Positions 1 to 10,366 of a stretch of DNA of 64,000 bases are shown here, piece after piece; within the stretch, counting starts at the first letter, position 1; each line of letters opens with the position of its first letter. The notes beneath the pieces are model-generated. The model was not told the DNA's origin and did not search any database. It worked only from the letters and a program-made list of their open reading frames with translations. This DNA is from Marsupella aquatica (Eukaryota; Plantae; Marchantiophyta), in assembly GCA_973895155.1 (NCBI GenBank), contig OZ316892.1:19417869-19481868 (forward strand), written 5' to 3'. The position numbers and the translations under genes were made by a program.

Positions 1-886
1 CCGCCATGCTCTGCGGCGGTAAAATGTTTATCTCTGCAGGAATATGCTTATCATACGTTATGCCTTTTAAGGGTGTAAGCGCTTTTCGGTGCGCTACAAT
101 ATGTTCATACAGGTGCTTATCTTTCAGTGCATTTATGGCATGTTCCGTATCCATCAGCTTTTCAATATCATAGAGATGCCGCGACATCCGGTTGCGGGGA
201 GGGCTTTGATCTGTTAGCAGAAACTGTTCGTGAATCAGGAATAGCTTCTCCAGGAATGTCCGTCCCGGAATTACAGTTGATACCTCAAATGGCGTTCCAG
301 CAAAATCTTCCGCTCCATATACCTCTGCTACAAAAGATCTTATCTGCCTTTTTTCCGAAGGTTCCATCAGCGACCGTGCCCCAACTTCTAAAATCACCTT
401 ATCAGCCAGGTAAGCTGAGCCGCCTGCAACGGGCTTATATTCAATATGGATAGGTAACGGGTCAGTATCCGGTTCCACCCCTAAGCTGCACTGTACTTTA
501 AATGCGGCTCCCGGAACCCCCATTTCCAGCAATTGCTCTGATAGCCGTAAAGCAAGCACCTCTTTTGCAAAAGCAGAAGAAGCTCTTCGCAGATTTTTTA
601 TTTTAGTGTTACTGAGTATATCCTCATCAAACCCGAGGAACCGTCTGTCTATTGCAAAATCAATATCTTCAGAGAACCGGTCTATCAGGTTATAACCCTT
701 ACTTAAAGATGTACCACCCCTAAATACCAGGTGATTACTTATTTCCGGAAGACTAAACAATGCCTCCAGTGCCAGCGTCACCCAGATGTCTTTTTCCACC
801 ACTTGCTCATTGAAGCCTTTCCTGTTTGCGACATTGGTAATTATCGCCTGCTTCTGGCTATTTGGTAATTTAGTCCAGGCTACCAT
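1..886 (-). CDS. Bacterial nucleotidyltransferase, AbiEii/AbiGii toxin family (runs off the left window edge)
   Basis: Manual translation from ATG 886 gives 295 codons with no stop: MVAWTKLP...VVEKDIWVTLAL...LVFRGGTSLSKGYNLIDRFSEDIDF...YLADKVILEVGARSLMEP...PGRTFLEKLFLIHE...RMSRHLYDI. EKD, GGTSL, RFSEDID, TFLEK and RHLYD are AbiEii hallmarks; the wording resembles Bacteroidetes members. Absent from the ORF track, probably because it has no stop inside the window. Confidence 0.9.
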   Translation of the reverse strand, partial: MVAWTKLPNSQKQAIITNVANRKGFNEQVVEKDIWVTLALEALFSLPEISNHLVFRGGTSLSKGYNLIDRFSEDIDFAIDRRFLGFDEDILSNTKIKNLRRASSAFAKEVLALRLSEQLLEMGVPGAAFKVQCSLGVEPDTDPLPIHIEYKPVAGGSAYLADKVILEVGARSLMEPSEKRQIRSFVAEVYGAEDFAGTPFEVSTVIPGRTFLEKLFLIHEQFLLTDQSPPRNRMSRHLYDIEKLMDTEHAINALKDKHLYEHIVAHRKALTPLKGITYDKHIPAEINILPPQSMA

Positions 887-947
887 GATTGTCGTTTTGG
901 GGTTTAAGCATGTTCATCATTATAGTGCGTACCCATGCCGGGGCCAG
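870..947 (-). CDS. C-terminal fragment of the probable cognate antitoxin (AbiEi/DUF6088-like)
   Basis: Reads LAPAWVRTIMMNMLKPQNDNHGSLD*, overlapping the toxin start as in type IV toxin-antitoxin operons. The (L)APAW(I/V)R tail is typical of the upstream gene. Cut off at 947/948 by LTR sequence. Confidence 0.55.
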   Translation of the reverse strand: MAPAWVRTIMMNMLKPQNDNHGSLD

Positions 948-1089
948 TACCTCCGGCCTCTGCCCGGGTTCCATGGTTGCCCCTAATTGTTTATATTTTC
1001 CTTGTTTTGTCACTATACTAAGGTGTTCCTAGGGTGCCTTCCTGCTTTACCCACTTAACCGGCCGAGTGATTCCTGTCTAGGCATCACA
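948..1089 (-). mobile_element. Inverted 5' end of a gypsy LTR (second copy of the same family)
   Basis: Reverse complement of 3980-4121 (142 bp, 2 mismatches). Similarity starts exactly at TGTGATGCC and has no PPT upstream, so this is the start of a 5' or solo LTR. Confidence 0.85.
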
Positions 1090-1114
1090 AGGCCTGGCCG
1101 CAAATCATAAGCTT

Positions 1115-3991
1115 TTGCCGATCAAGATCTTACCGCCAGGTACTACCCCCGAAGGAGTTCAAATCAACCACATCGAACTAGGATGGCAAGAGGATGCCGA
1201 GGCAGAGTTCGTACCATCTGCTGATGAGGCCGAAGCCCTATCAACCTGCTCAGAGGAGGATTTAGATCATGATTGCTACCGGGTCTCTACTCGATCTACC
1301 AGAAGGAAGGAAAGGTGGGATGGGCTGGCCAAAAATAAAGGGAAGGTTACGGAGGAAAGGATGAACCCGAAGTATTCCCTGCTGGTCAAAACAGAAATCG
1401 ATAAACTAGTGGAAGCTGGATTCATCACTCCAGTCCTGCATTCAGACTGGGTGTCTCCAATTGTGATAGTTCCCAAGAAAGCTGGACCCGATGGTAAACC
1501 CAAGATCCGGGTTTGTCAGGATTACAGGAAGCTGAATGAAGCAACATTAAAAGACCATTTTCCTTTACCGTTTACTGATATGGTACTAGACATGGTAGCC
1601 AGTCATGAACTATATTCATTCATGGATGGATACTCTGGTTATAACCAAATCAGGATTCGGCAGGAAGACCAAATCAAGACGGCCTTCATCACGGAATGGG
1701 GGATCTATGTCTTCAATCGTATGCCGTTTGGACTCTGCAACGCACCAGCTATGTTCCAACGATTAATGGTGAACATTTTTCATGATTACTTGAGAAAGTT
1801 CATGGAAATCTTCATTGACGACTTTGCAGTATTCGGGAAGGCATCGAAACATGCTAAATACCTCAGGAAAACCTTCATGAGATGTAGAGAGGTGGGTCTC
1901 AAGTTACACCCAGATAAATGTTTTTTTGCAGTAACCGAGGGGGTGCTACTAGGTCACAAGGTATCAAGGAAGGGCATTGAGATTGACAAAGGTAAGCTAG
2001 CAGTATGGCTAGATATCATGCAACCTAAGAACATAAAGGATGTAAGATCCTTCTTGGGATGCATTGGTTACTATCGCCGGTTCATCAAGGATTTTGCCAA
2101 GCTAGCTTTACCATTAACCAATATGCTCAAGGCAGGAGCAGACTTCGAACCCACACCCGAACGAGTCACAGCGGTGGTAGAATTGAAGCAGATGTTAGTA
2201 GAGGCCCCAGTCATGATAGCACCGGACTGGAACAAAGATTTTCATGTTTTTGTAGATGTCTCGGGCTTCTGTATTGGCTCAGTACTAAGTCAGTTGGATG
2301 AGAAAGGAAGGGACCATCCCATATACTTCGCAAGCCGTCAGCTTGCCGATGCCGAACGGAACTACTCTACCACGGAAAGAGAAGCATTAGGAGTCATTTA
2401 TTCTTGTAAAAAGTTTAGGCATTATTTACTAGGGTACAAGGTAATCTTTCATACTGATCACGAAAGTTTGAAGTACCTAGTCAATAAGCCGGACCTTACA
2501 GGCAGAGTAGCAAGATGGATTTTGCTATTACAGGAGTTTGACTATGAGCTGAGGATCAAGCCGGGAAAGTTACATGCCAATGCCGACTTCTTTTCAAGGA
2601 TCACAGGTAAACCTGCCACGGATTGCATTGATGATCAATTCCCCGACGAGGAGCTATTCGTTGTGGAAATAGCTGGTACATGGTACCCTGAGATTTTACA
2701 ATTTCTCAGCACTTCTAGATTACAGCCAGGATTAAGCCGAGAGCAAGCCGCAGTCTTTGTGTGGAAGGTTAGACAGTATCAGTGCATTAAAGGCATACTG
2801 CACAAGCATGGAATCAACGGCACGATTCAAAGATGTTTGGAAAAGAGAGAGGTAAAACGAGTCCTACGGGCCATGCATGGAGAGGAGGCCGGAGGACATT
2901 TTGCCCCAGTAACCACGTCTAAGAAGATATTAAATGCCGGTTACTGGTGGCCCACCTTGCACAAAGATGTCTATCAGTTTATCAAACAATGCGATCCTTG
3001 TCAACGAGCGGGAGGACCAAGGGCGTCCACCAGGCATCCACTGCACCCTATTCTACCTCTGGCACCATTCGAGAAGTGGGGTATTGATTACATTGGACCT
3101 CTGAAACCACTGACCCACCCTCGACGGAACAAGTACATAATCCTGGCTACGGATTATGCAACTAAATGGGTAGAGGCCAGACCAACAACGAAGGATGATG
3201 CAATTACTACGGCTAGATTCATGTATGAGCAGATCTTCACCAGGTATGGAGCACCCCTAGAATTAGTTAGTGATAGAGGAACCCATTTTTTGAATGATAT
3301 AATTAGTCGTTTAAATGAGCAGTATTTAGTTAAACATAGGCCTACTACTCCCTACCATCCAAAGGCAAACGGGTTGACAGAACGAGCAAACGGAATTATA
3401 GGAAAGATATTGAACAAGACAGTAGCTCAGAACAAACTCGATTGGGATGATAAATTGTTTGCTGCTGTTTTTGCTTACAATCTTGCCTATAAATCCACTA
3501 CCGGTCATACACCCTTCTTCTTAACCTTTGGACAAGAAGCCCTGGTACCCATGCAACTTGAGATACCGACATTTCAAGTTACAATTGAGGAAAGAGCCTC
3601 AGCGGAGGAGAGCCTAAAGGAGCGAGAATATAGGTTAGAAGCTTTAGAGGAAGCGAGAATGATTTCAGTCGAGAGAGTAGAATATAGACAGAATATCATG
3701 AAGCAGCAGTATGATAAAAGGTTAAAAGTAGTTAGTATTCATACCGGTGATCTTGTGCTACTTTATGACAGTAGGTATAGTAAGTTTCCAGGAAAGCTTT
3801 ACACTCGTTGGTTAGGACCCTTTAGAGTAACCATGATGTTCCCCAATGGCTCCGTACAATTGGCCAACATTACGGGAGAGGTATATCCAGTTCGCATCCA
3901 TTATGACCGCCTCAAGAAATACTATATGGACGAAGATGAAGTTGTTCGCGAGGACGCTTCACAATTAAGTGGGGAGCTATGTGATGCCTAG
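1115..3991 (+). CDS. pol: Gypsy Pol: reverse transcriptase, RNase H, integrase
   Basis: DYRKLNEATLKDHFPLPF, FMDGYSGYNQI, MPFGLCNAP, FIDDF; RNase H DVS..IGSVL, NYSTTEREAL, TDH; integrase H..GHF..CDPC, WGIDYIG, SDRG, NGLTER, GPF tail; no chromodomain. Confidence 0.95.
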   Translation: MPIKILPPGTTPEGVQINHIELGWQEDAEAEFVPSADEAEALSTCSEEDLDHDCYRVSTRSTRRKERWDGLAKNKGKVTEERMNPKYSLLVKTEIDKLVEAGFITPVLHSDWVSPIVIVPKKAGPDGKPKIRVCQDYRKLNEATLKDHFPLPFTDMVLDMVASHELYSFMDGYSGYNQIRIRQEDQIKTAFITEWGIYVFNRMPFGLCNAPAMFQRLMVNIFHDYLRKFMEIFIDDFAVFGKASKHAKYLRKTFMRCREVGLKLHPDKCFFAVTEGVLLGHKVSRKGIEIDKGKLAVWLDIMQPKNIKDVRSFLGCIGYYRRFIKDFAKLALPLTNMLKAGADFEPTPERVTAVVELKQMLVEAPVMIAPDWNKDFHVFVDVSGFCIGSVLSQLDEKGRDHPIYFASRQLADAERNYSTTEREALGVIYSCKKFRHYLLGYKVIFHTDHESLKYLVNKPDLTGRVARWILLLQEFDYELRIKPGKLHANADFFSRITGKPATDCIDDQFPDEELFVVEIAGTWYPEILQFLSTSRLQPGLSREQAAVFVWKVRQYQCIKGILHKHGINGTIQRCLEKREVKRVLRAMHGEEAGGHFAPVTTSKKILNAGYWWPTLHKDVYQFIKQCDPCQRAGGPRASTRHPLHPILPLAPFEKWGIDYIGPLKPLTHPRRNKYIILATDYATKWVEARPTTKDDAITTARFMYEQIFTRYGAPLELVSDRGTHFLNDIISRLNEQYLVKHRPTTPYHPKANGLTERANGIIGKILNKTVAQNKLDWDDKLFAAVFAYNLAYKSTTGHTPFFLTFGQEALVPMQLEIPTFQVTIEERASAEESLKEREYRLEALEEARMISVERVEYRQNIMKQQYDKRLKVVSIHTGDLVLLYDSRYSKFPGKLYTRWLGPFRVTMMFPNGSVQLANITGEVYPVRIHYDRLKKYYMDEDEVVREDASQLSGELCDA
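3966..3979 (+). promoter_or_regulatory. Polypurine tract
   Basis: TAAGTGGGGAGCTA immediately before TG at 3980. Confidence 0.7.
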
Positions 3992-6900
3992 ACAGGAATC
4001 ACTCGGCCGGTTAAGTGGGTAAAGCAGGAAGGCACCCTAGGAACACCTTAGTATAGGGACAAAACAAGGAAAATATAAACAATTAGGGGCAACCATGGAA
4101 CCCGGGCCGAGGCCGGAGGTAAGGCTGAGGGTGAAAACCCGATTAGGGTTAGGGCGCGTTAAGCGTCGGCGGCTAGGAAGGATCAACGGGAAGAAGGACC
4201 GGCGGAGGAGAGGGGTAAGGAGCGCTTGCAGGAGATGGTGGCTCATTTGCGAGCACGAACTAGGCAGACGACTACGAGAGGCCAACTACTGTCAGCTGCT
4301 TAGGCAAGCACTCGGGGAGAGAGTAGATACCGACGATCGACCTAAGGAGGGTATGAGCAACGTCAATCAAGCGGCACATTTCTGGGGATGCCTGTTCGAA
4401 CGGGCAACTGAGTACATCAAGACTTACGAGGACGAGGAATCAGAAAGGGCAGCTCGAGAACGGCAGGAGCTCGCTCGATTGTGGGAGCTGCAGAAGACGG
4501 CTTTCTTAGGAGGCGAACTCATCAAGGACGAGTTCCTGTGGACGCCTACTTCCAATCAACTCGACGATCTTCTGTTTTGCAAAGACAGCGTCGTCGGCAT
4601 CCGAGAGGCCATCAAGAACTGCAACGACATACACTGGGAATTAAAGGGTAGCACGGAAAGGTGGACCCAGGCAATGGTGCTAGGAGAAACCTCCACGGCA
4701 GCAGAGATGAAGAGGAAGGGAGCCGTCAACGATGAAGCCACCCCGGCAAAAAGAACGAGGTCGGCGGCACCAAAGAAGCCAGTCGAGCAGCAGAGCAGGA
4801 GGCAGGGAGAAGCCGAAGAGGAGGAGGTCGATCCCATCAAGGCCATTCCAACCAGGGATGACACCTGGAAGGGCTGGGCGGCAACCCTACCGGTGGAGGT
4901 GCAACTACATTTTGCACGGGAGGAGGATGCATGCTTTACGGCCATGCAGACCAAGAAGTACCAAGGCTTCATGGCCGGATCCGGCTTGGAGGCCTTTGTA
5001 AGATTACCATGGCTGAAGCCGGAGGTACCGGAGTCAGACCTATTAGAATTCGTGGGGTCATGGGAACCCGAGACCAATTGCACGAGGATATATGGGAAGG
5101 ATTTCTATCTTACTCCCAAGGTAATTGCCGAAGTGTTTGGCCTGCCGATAGGCAATAAGACCAAAGTTGATACCAGGAAGACCTTGCCTGACAAGGAGTT
5201 CCGGTCGTTCCCCGGGCCATCAACGAAGAATGGCTTCTTCCGGAACACCTGCACCAACCCGCACATAGGAGAGATGATCGACTTCTTGCGGGTGACCATG
5301 CATTGTAACTTGCCGAGGGCAGAGATCGGCAAGGCACAGGTCTATCTGGCAGAAAGGCCAGACCCAAGCCAGGACTACAACGGGTACCTCCTCAACCAAT
5401 TGAAGAAGATCTTAAAGGAGGATCAGCAGGTAATCGGCATGGGGAGCGTGTCGCGGCTGGGCTATCACATGCCGCTGTTGTGCCGGTATGCCAGAGGTCA
5501 GACTTTTGCCCCGGTACTTCCCCTGCAGGTAAGGGCACCCGAGGAAGCTCCAACGCCGAGGCCGTTGGCTGAGAAGCCTCAACCACCTGTTAGTCCTACT
5601 ATCGAGCAGGTGTTTAGGCCCAGGAAGGAGGACTTGCCGATGCAGCAACCAGGCATGCAGAGTCTGCTGAAACTACTGGAGAAAGAAAAGAAATCGGCAT
5701 CGGCAACAACAACGGCAACGGCAACAATGCAGGACACTACTACAGAGGTAGGCCTACACCGGCTCACAAGAGAAAACCCCTTTGCTGGAGACAAGGAGAG
5801 AATCAGGCCGGAATCCAAGCCTGGTGTTCGAATGTACGTGGGAACCTCAAGCTCCGAATCTGAGGCAGAATTGCCTGAAGCTCCTACCGACGAAGAGGAG
5901 AGGGAGAAGCCGGACGTCCAAGAGGTAGAGGAGGCAGTGAAGGACTGCAGCCATGATAATACCGGCTATGGGTCGGACCATCACGTTCCAGGAGTAAGGA
6001 CCTGTGGCCGGTTTGTCCCCACACTTCCAAGGGTAGTGCGAGGGGACCCCAACCAGCAGAGTAGCCCTGAGTCTCCCCCACCAGATGTTGCTCCCCCGAG
6101 CTTCGACGGCATAAAACAGACGGTGCAGGAATTTTAGGAGCGAATCAAGCAGGAGGAGGAGGCCGCCCTGGCTAAGGAAAAGGATTTACCAGGAGGAGAT
6201 TGGCCGGAGGACATCAGGCGGCTAGCCAAAAAAGGAAGCAAACCTCTAGCCACGATTGAAGAGATCCGCAGGACGGCTTGGGAGCAGAGGCCGCGATGGG
6301 CAATGCCGATCACTTCTACTTACTCCACCTACGCTAAGAATAGAGCCATGGAGTATGGTGAGATGTGTGGGGAACTTGCGCTCGGCATCTTTGGAGAGGA
6401 GTTGGAGGTAGGACCCTTTTTCCATAGGGAGCAGTTGGAGAAGCACCAATTAGAAGAAGCGGTGGCTTTAGAGAGAAGCAAGAAGGACGAGGTCATTCGG
6501 CGGCTTAGGAGGATGGAAGCCGAGATTGAAGATCTAGGGGCGGCCAAGAAAGCCCAAGATGAACTGCGGATTAAACGACATGAGCTGAACATCATGCAGG
6601 GGCAGTTGGACACCGCGCAGGCTGATAATCAGAATATCAAGGATAAACTGACTCAGACGCAGGAAGAGTTGGCCGACACGATCAAAGAGAGGGAGAAGTG
6701 GAAGCAAGAGCTGAAGAATACAGAGGAGGCCCACATAACAGCCAACAGCCGGGCCATGGCGGAGACCCAAAGAAAGGAATGGGCGTTGAAAGGGGAGCTC
6801 GAGAAAATCCGCGGAGCCCTTGAGCAAAAGGAGGCCGAGTTAGGGAAATCCTATCAAGGGATTATGGCGCTGCAGCAGGAGCTTGCGTCCCTGACGGCCA

Positions 6901-8648
6901 GCTTCAAGGCCGACCTAAGGGAGAAGGACGAGATGCTCGAACAGACTTACGCCAAGATGAACCAGATGGAGTCTGTCATCATTGCAGAGCTTGACAAGGA
7001 GCTAAAAGCAACCCAGGAGGAGAGGACTACCTTGAAACAAGAACGGGAGGAAGCCCAGAAGGAACTAGAGGAGGCACGCAAGGACCTGGATGAGACCCAG
7101 GAGGAGTTGGAGGAAATCACGAGGAAGATGGAGAACCTCCAGCGGCGGGCCGACAACCAAACGGAGCGGCTGAAGAAACAAGCCGCAGTATTTAGGTGCT
7201 TGTCTTCATCAGGCCCAACTCCAATTGGGGCAACCAAGTTACCAGGAGTGGTACTGGCCGAAGAAAAAGCCGCGCCAACTGCACCAGTGCCGGAGGTAAG
7301 TGGGAAGGGGAAGGGACCAGCTGCCGAACCAGAAAAGAAGAAAAAGCGGAAACCTTCAGGGTCAAGGAGTAATCCGACTCCACAAGCCGTGGTGACCAAA
7401 GAGGTAGAACCAGCACCATCCTCCGACATGAATACGGCAATAGATCCCGCTATGATCACAGGTAGGGATGGTGCGGCCCAAGCCGAACTACTCAGTAAGG
7501 AGGCCAGTATTCCAGATCCGCCTCTTGAGCAGGCCGGGGAGACCGTAGCCGAGGCTGAGGCCGTAACCGATTCTCGAGCCGATGCCGACGCCGATGGTGG
7601 ACCCAGTCAGGCCGATGGAGAGTTGACTCAGTCAAGGGCAGGTAATCTGTCAGGGAATGAGCCTACGGCAGTGGCTGAGGAGGAAGCATTGGGGGCGTCC
7701 ATTAAGGATCCACCACCGGTGTCGTGACGGTGCAAGGGCGCCGTTCCTTTTAGGGAGGGCGGACGTGGAGGGAGGAGGCGTGAGTGGGCAGGGCGGGCGC
7801 GGATCTCCACGTTTAGGATTAGGATCAGAACCAGGAGCGGCCCTGACACTTAGCTTAGTGGGATTGCGGTCCCACTGGTAGGAGCAACACTTGTGCTCCT
7901 GCCTTGCTGTACATAGGTAGATTCGGGCAAGTAGATTACTGTTAAGTAGATTAGGCTTACGATGCAAAGAATGGCGGATCCACTACCAGGATAAGTACCT
8001 GGGCAGCGGGGAGCTCAGGGCCTCTTCTTTAGCAAGTTTTTAGTTTGCACCAGCCGGGCTGGGATCAAGTAGTACGAGAAGCTCTCGGTTAGTCATACAG
8101 TGACCCTTGTGTATATTCATGTTTCCTCATGCCTAAGAGCTGAATAGAGTTGGCCTCACGGCTTAGTTCGCAGAACTTGTGTATGAGATGTACTGTTTGT
8201 ATGGCAAGTGCATGGTATGACTCAGTCAGAATGAGTCATTTTGCTATTTGTGTGTCGCATTAACTTGTGTGAAGAGTGCCCACATCAACAGAAGGAAGGA
8301 AAGTAAGCAGGGGAGTGAGAGTTGGATGTGTCGAGCTAAGAGAGGTCTTAGCGGCTTAACCAAGCCTATTGGGGATCATTCCGGCGGCGGAATCCAAACA
8401 TACCTAACAAGACGGAGGGGAAGACAGGGGAAGACAGGGGAAGGCCTATATTAGGCCGGCTACGTATCTCATGACCCGATGAAGGATCTGTCCAGTATAT
8501 GTGTGTAAAATGTTAATAGTAGTAGTAGAAGGTTAGCAGCGTCCCATGCCGCTAAGCCGCGGAAACGGCCTCGCCAAGCACGAAACCTGCGGGAATCGGC
8601 TTGAGCTGGGGGGTTTCTTGGGTGTAGGGAGCCATGGGACGCACCACA
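3980..8648 (+). repeat. Putative very long (~4.67 kb) 3' LTR
   Basis: Start is fixed by the PPT and by the boundary of the inverted copy at 1089. End is inferred from the terminal inverted repeat TGTGATGC/GCACCACA (7/8) and a composition switch. Confidence 0.62.
4095..7727 (+). pseudogene. Retrotransposon accessory ORF (~1210 codons, one in-frame TAG): plant-transposon/PMD-like domain plus long coiled coil
   Basis: ORFs 4095-6137 and 6303-7727 are in the same frame, and 6138-6302 is open. Contains LLEFVGSW...IYGKDFYLTPKVIAEVFGLP, a ~250-aa heptad coiled coil, and an NLS-like KKKKRK. Confidence 0.7.
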
Positions 8649-9351
8649 AACTTCAATGGAAGTTCCTCTAGAAATGAATGGTAGGAATTGAGATTTACCA
8701 ATCTTAGCAATTTTGTCAAACAAGAGTATTTGCAATTTATTATTGTTTGAGTTGGTGGCAAACCATAAATGTTGTGAATGATGAATTCATGAATTCATGA
8801 ATGATATTGAAAGAAGTTTGACATTTTGAGAATGTCCATCGTGTGGGCAGTCTTGTTTGAGAAATTCATAAAACAAAATATCAACTAAAAGAGGTACCTT
8901 CTAGAATCTCATATATATTTGGAAGCTTTTGATATACTCGTCATTCCCTTTGTGTGAATGATGGTTTTTCTTGGTAAATGAACCCTAGGATCCTACAAAC
9001 TGCAAAATAATTTGGAAATCTTGACCCTCTTTTAAAAACTTTACATATTTGGGATGTCAATGAACTTTAGGGTGGTGTTTCAAGGGTGAATGTGTTATTG
9101 AGCCGATTGAATGTGTGCAAGTAGTAAATTGCAACATTGAAATATGTGGTATTTGCTTATTAAATGTTTCCCACAACCAGTTTTGTGATTTTGAGTAGTC
9201 AAAATGATGCCCTATTTTGTGTTTTTTTGCAAGTTTTGAGTTCTTGCCAAAAAAAGAGCTTGTTTTTAGATGCATTTTTTGCCTTTTTCCATATTTTCAA
9301 GGTTTTTTATCATTAGTTCTTATACATTGGGCTTATTACCCATCCTTTAAG

Positions 9352-9471
9352 GCTTCGTGTTATCCAGGAAGGTTTCAGTTACTTTGATAATGAAGATAAA
9401 CTTTGGTGGATGAGTTTTTTTGAGAAACAAAAAGATATTATCAAAAACCACCTAGAGGAAGGTGAGTGGTT
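9352..9471 (+). pseudogene. 5' half of an exon split by the CACTA insertion
   Basis: After the tttaag acceptor it reads LRVIQEGFSYFDNEDKLWWMSFFEKQKDIIKNHLEEGEW, and it rejoins in frame with 26104 once the element and one GTT are removed. Confidence 0.7.
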
Positions 9472-9499
9472 CACTAGTAGAAACCGGGGGGTATTTAGA

Positions 9500-9870
9500 C
9501 CCCATTAAACGACTATTCAGTACCGTATAGGACTTGGAAACGACTGGGAAGGACTCCAGTCCTTTATAGGACTGCGAGTCGTATGTTTTGTTACTATAAT
9601 CAACTGAGTCCTTTATAGAACTGGTTTATAAGTCGTTTAATAGACTGGATTTTCAGTCTATTTTAGTCTTTGTGTGGGTAGCTTTGGTGAGTCGTTTTCA
9701 GTCTTTTATGGGCTGCGATGATGAGTCGTTGGGAACAACTAAAAAGGTTATGGAGGGTAGTCTTTAAATATACTTTGTGGGCTGCGATGATGAGTCGTTG
9801 GGAATGACTAAAAAGGTTATGGAGGGTAGTCTTTAAATATACTTTGTGGGGTATGTATAAGTCTTTCATG
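9500..9870. repeat. CACTA subterminal repeats including a ~69-bp direct duplication
   Basis: Clustered GACT/AGTC motifs; tgggctgcgatgatgagtcgttgggaa...tactttgtggg present twice (~9709 and ~9778). Confidence 0.7.
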
Positions 9871-10366
9871 TCAACTGGATATGAGTGATGAAGACCCCAC
9901 TATACTACTTGGAATGAACCCACTCTTGTGCACAAATAACATATTGCATTCATGTTTTATTGTGTACTTGGAATGAACTCACTCTATAAGTTCACCATTC
10001 ATCATGTTAACATTAGAATACATAGTTTCAGAAAGCCATCTTCTATACCATGTACACTAATATGAATTCATAGATTCAAACTTCATAGACTACAAAGAAG
10101 GTCACAAAGTATTCCTCTATACCATACACACTAATACTGAAATGATAAAATAGATTCAAGTATCATAGACAATCACCATAGAGCCATAGTTTGACATCAA
10201 TCACTTGTTTCATACATACAGAATTCAGAAATATCAATGTCACACACAACGTCTCCTTCATCCTCTTTACCAAATGGAAAAATTGGTACAGATATTTCTT
10301 GGATCTTTCCAAGGCAATGTCAAAATGTGACACAATTCACATGATTCTATCTACACTTGCATTTAG

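Larger units (their letters stand above)
1090..8648 (+). mobile_element. Ty3/gypsy LTR retrotransposon, non-chromoviral Athila/OTA-like, 5' part missing
   Basis: pol (RT-RNaseH-integrase), PPT, then TGTGATGC...GCACCACA termini. AT-rich unrelated DNA follows 8648. Confidence 0.85.

Noticed and set aside
127-986. Plus-strand ORFs 127-453 and 786-986
   Set aside because: Antisense shadows of the AbiEii gene.
4095-7727. Envelope (env) gene
   Set aside because: No signal peptide or transmembrane segment is evident; the protein is charged and coiled-coil with an NLS-like motif.
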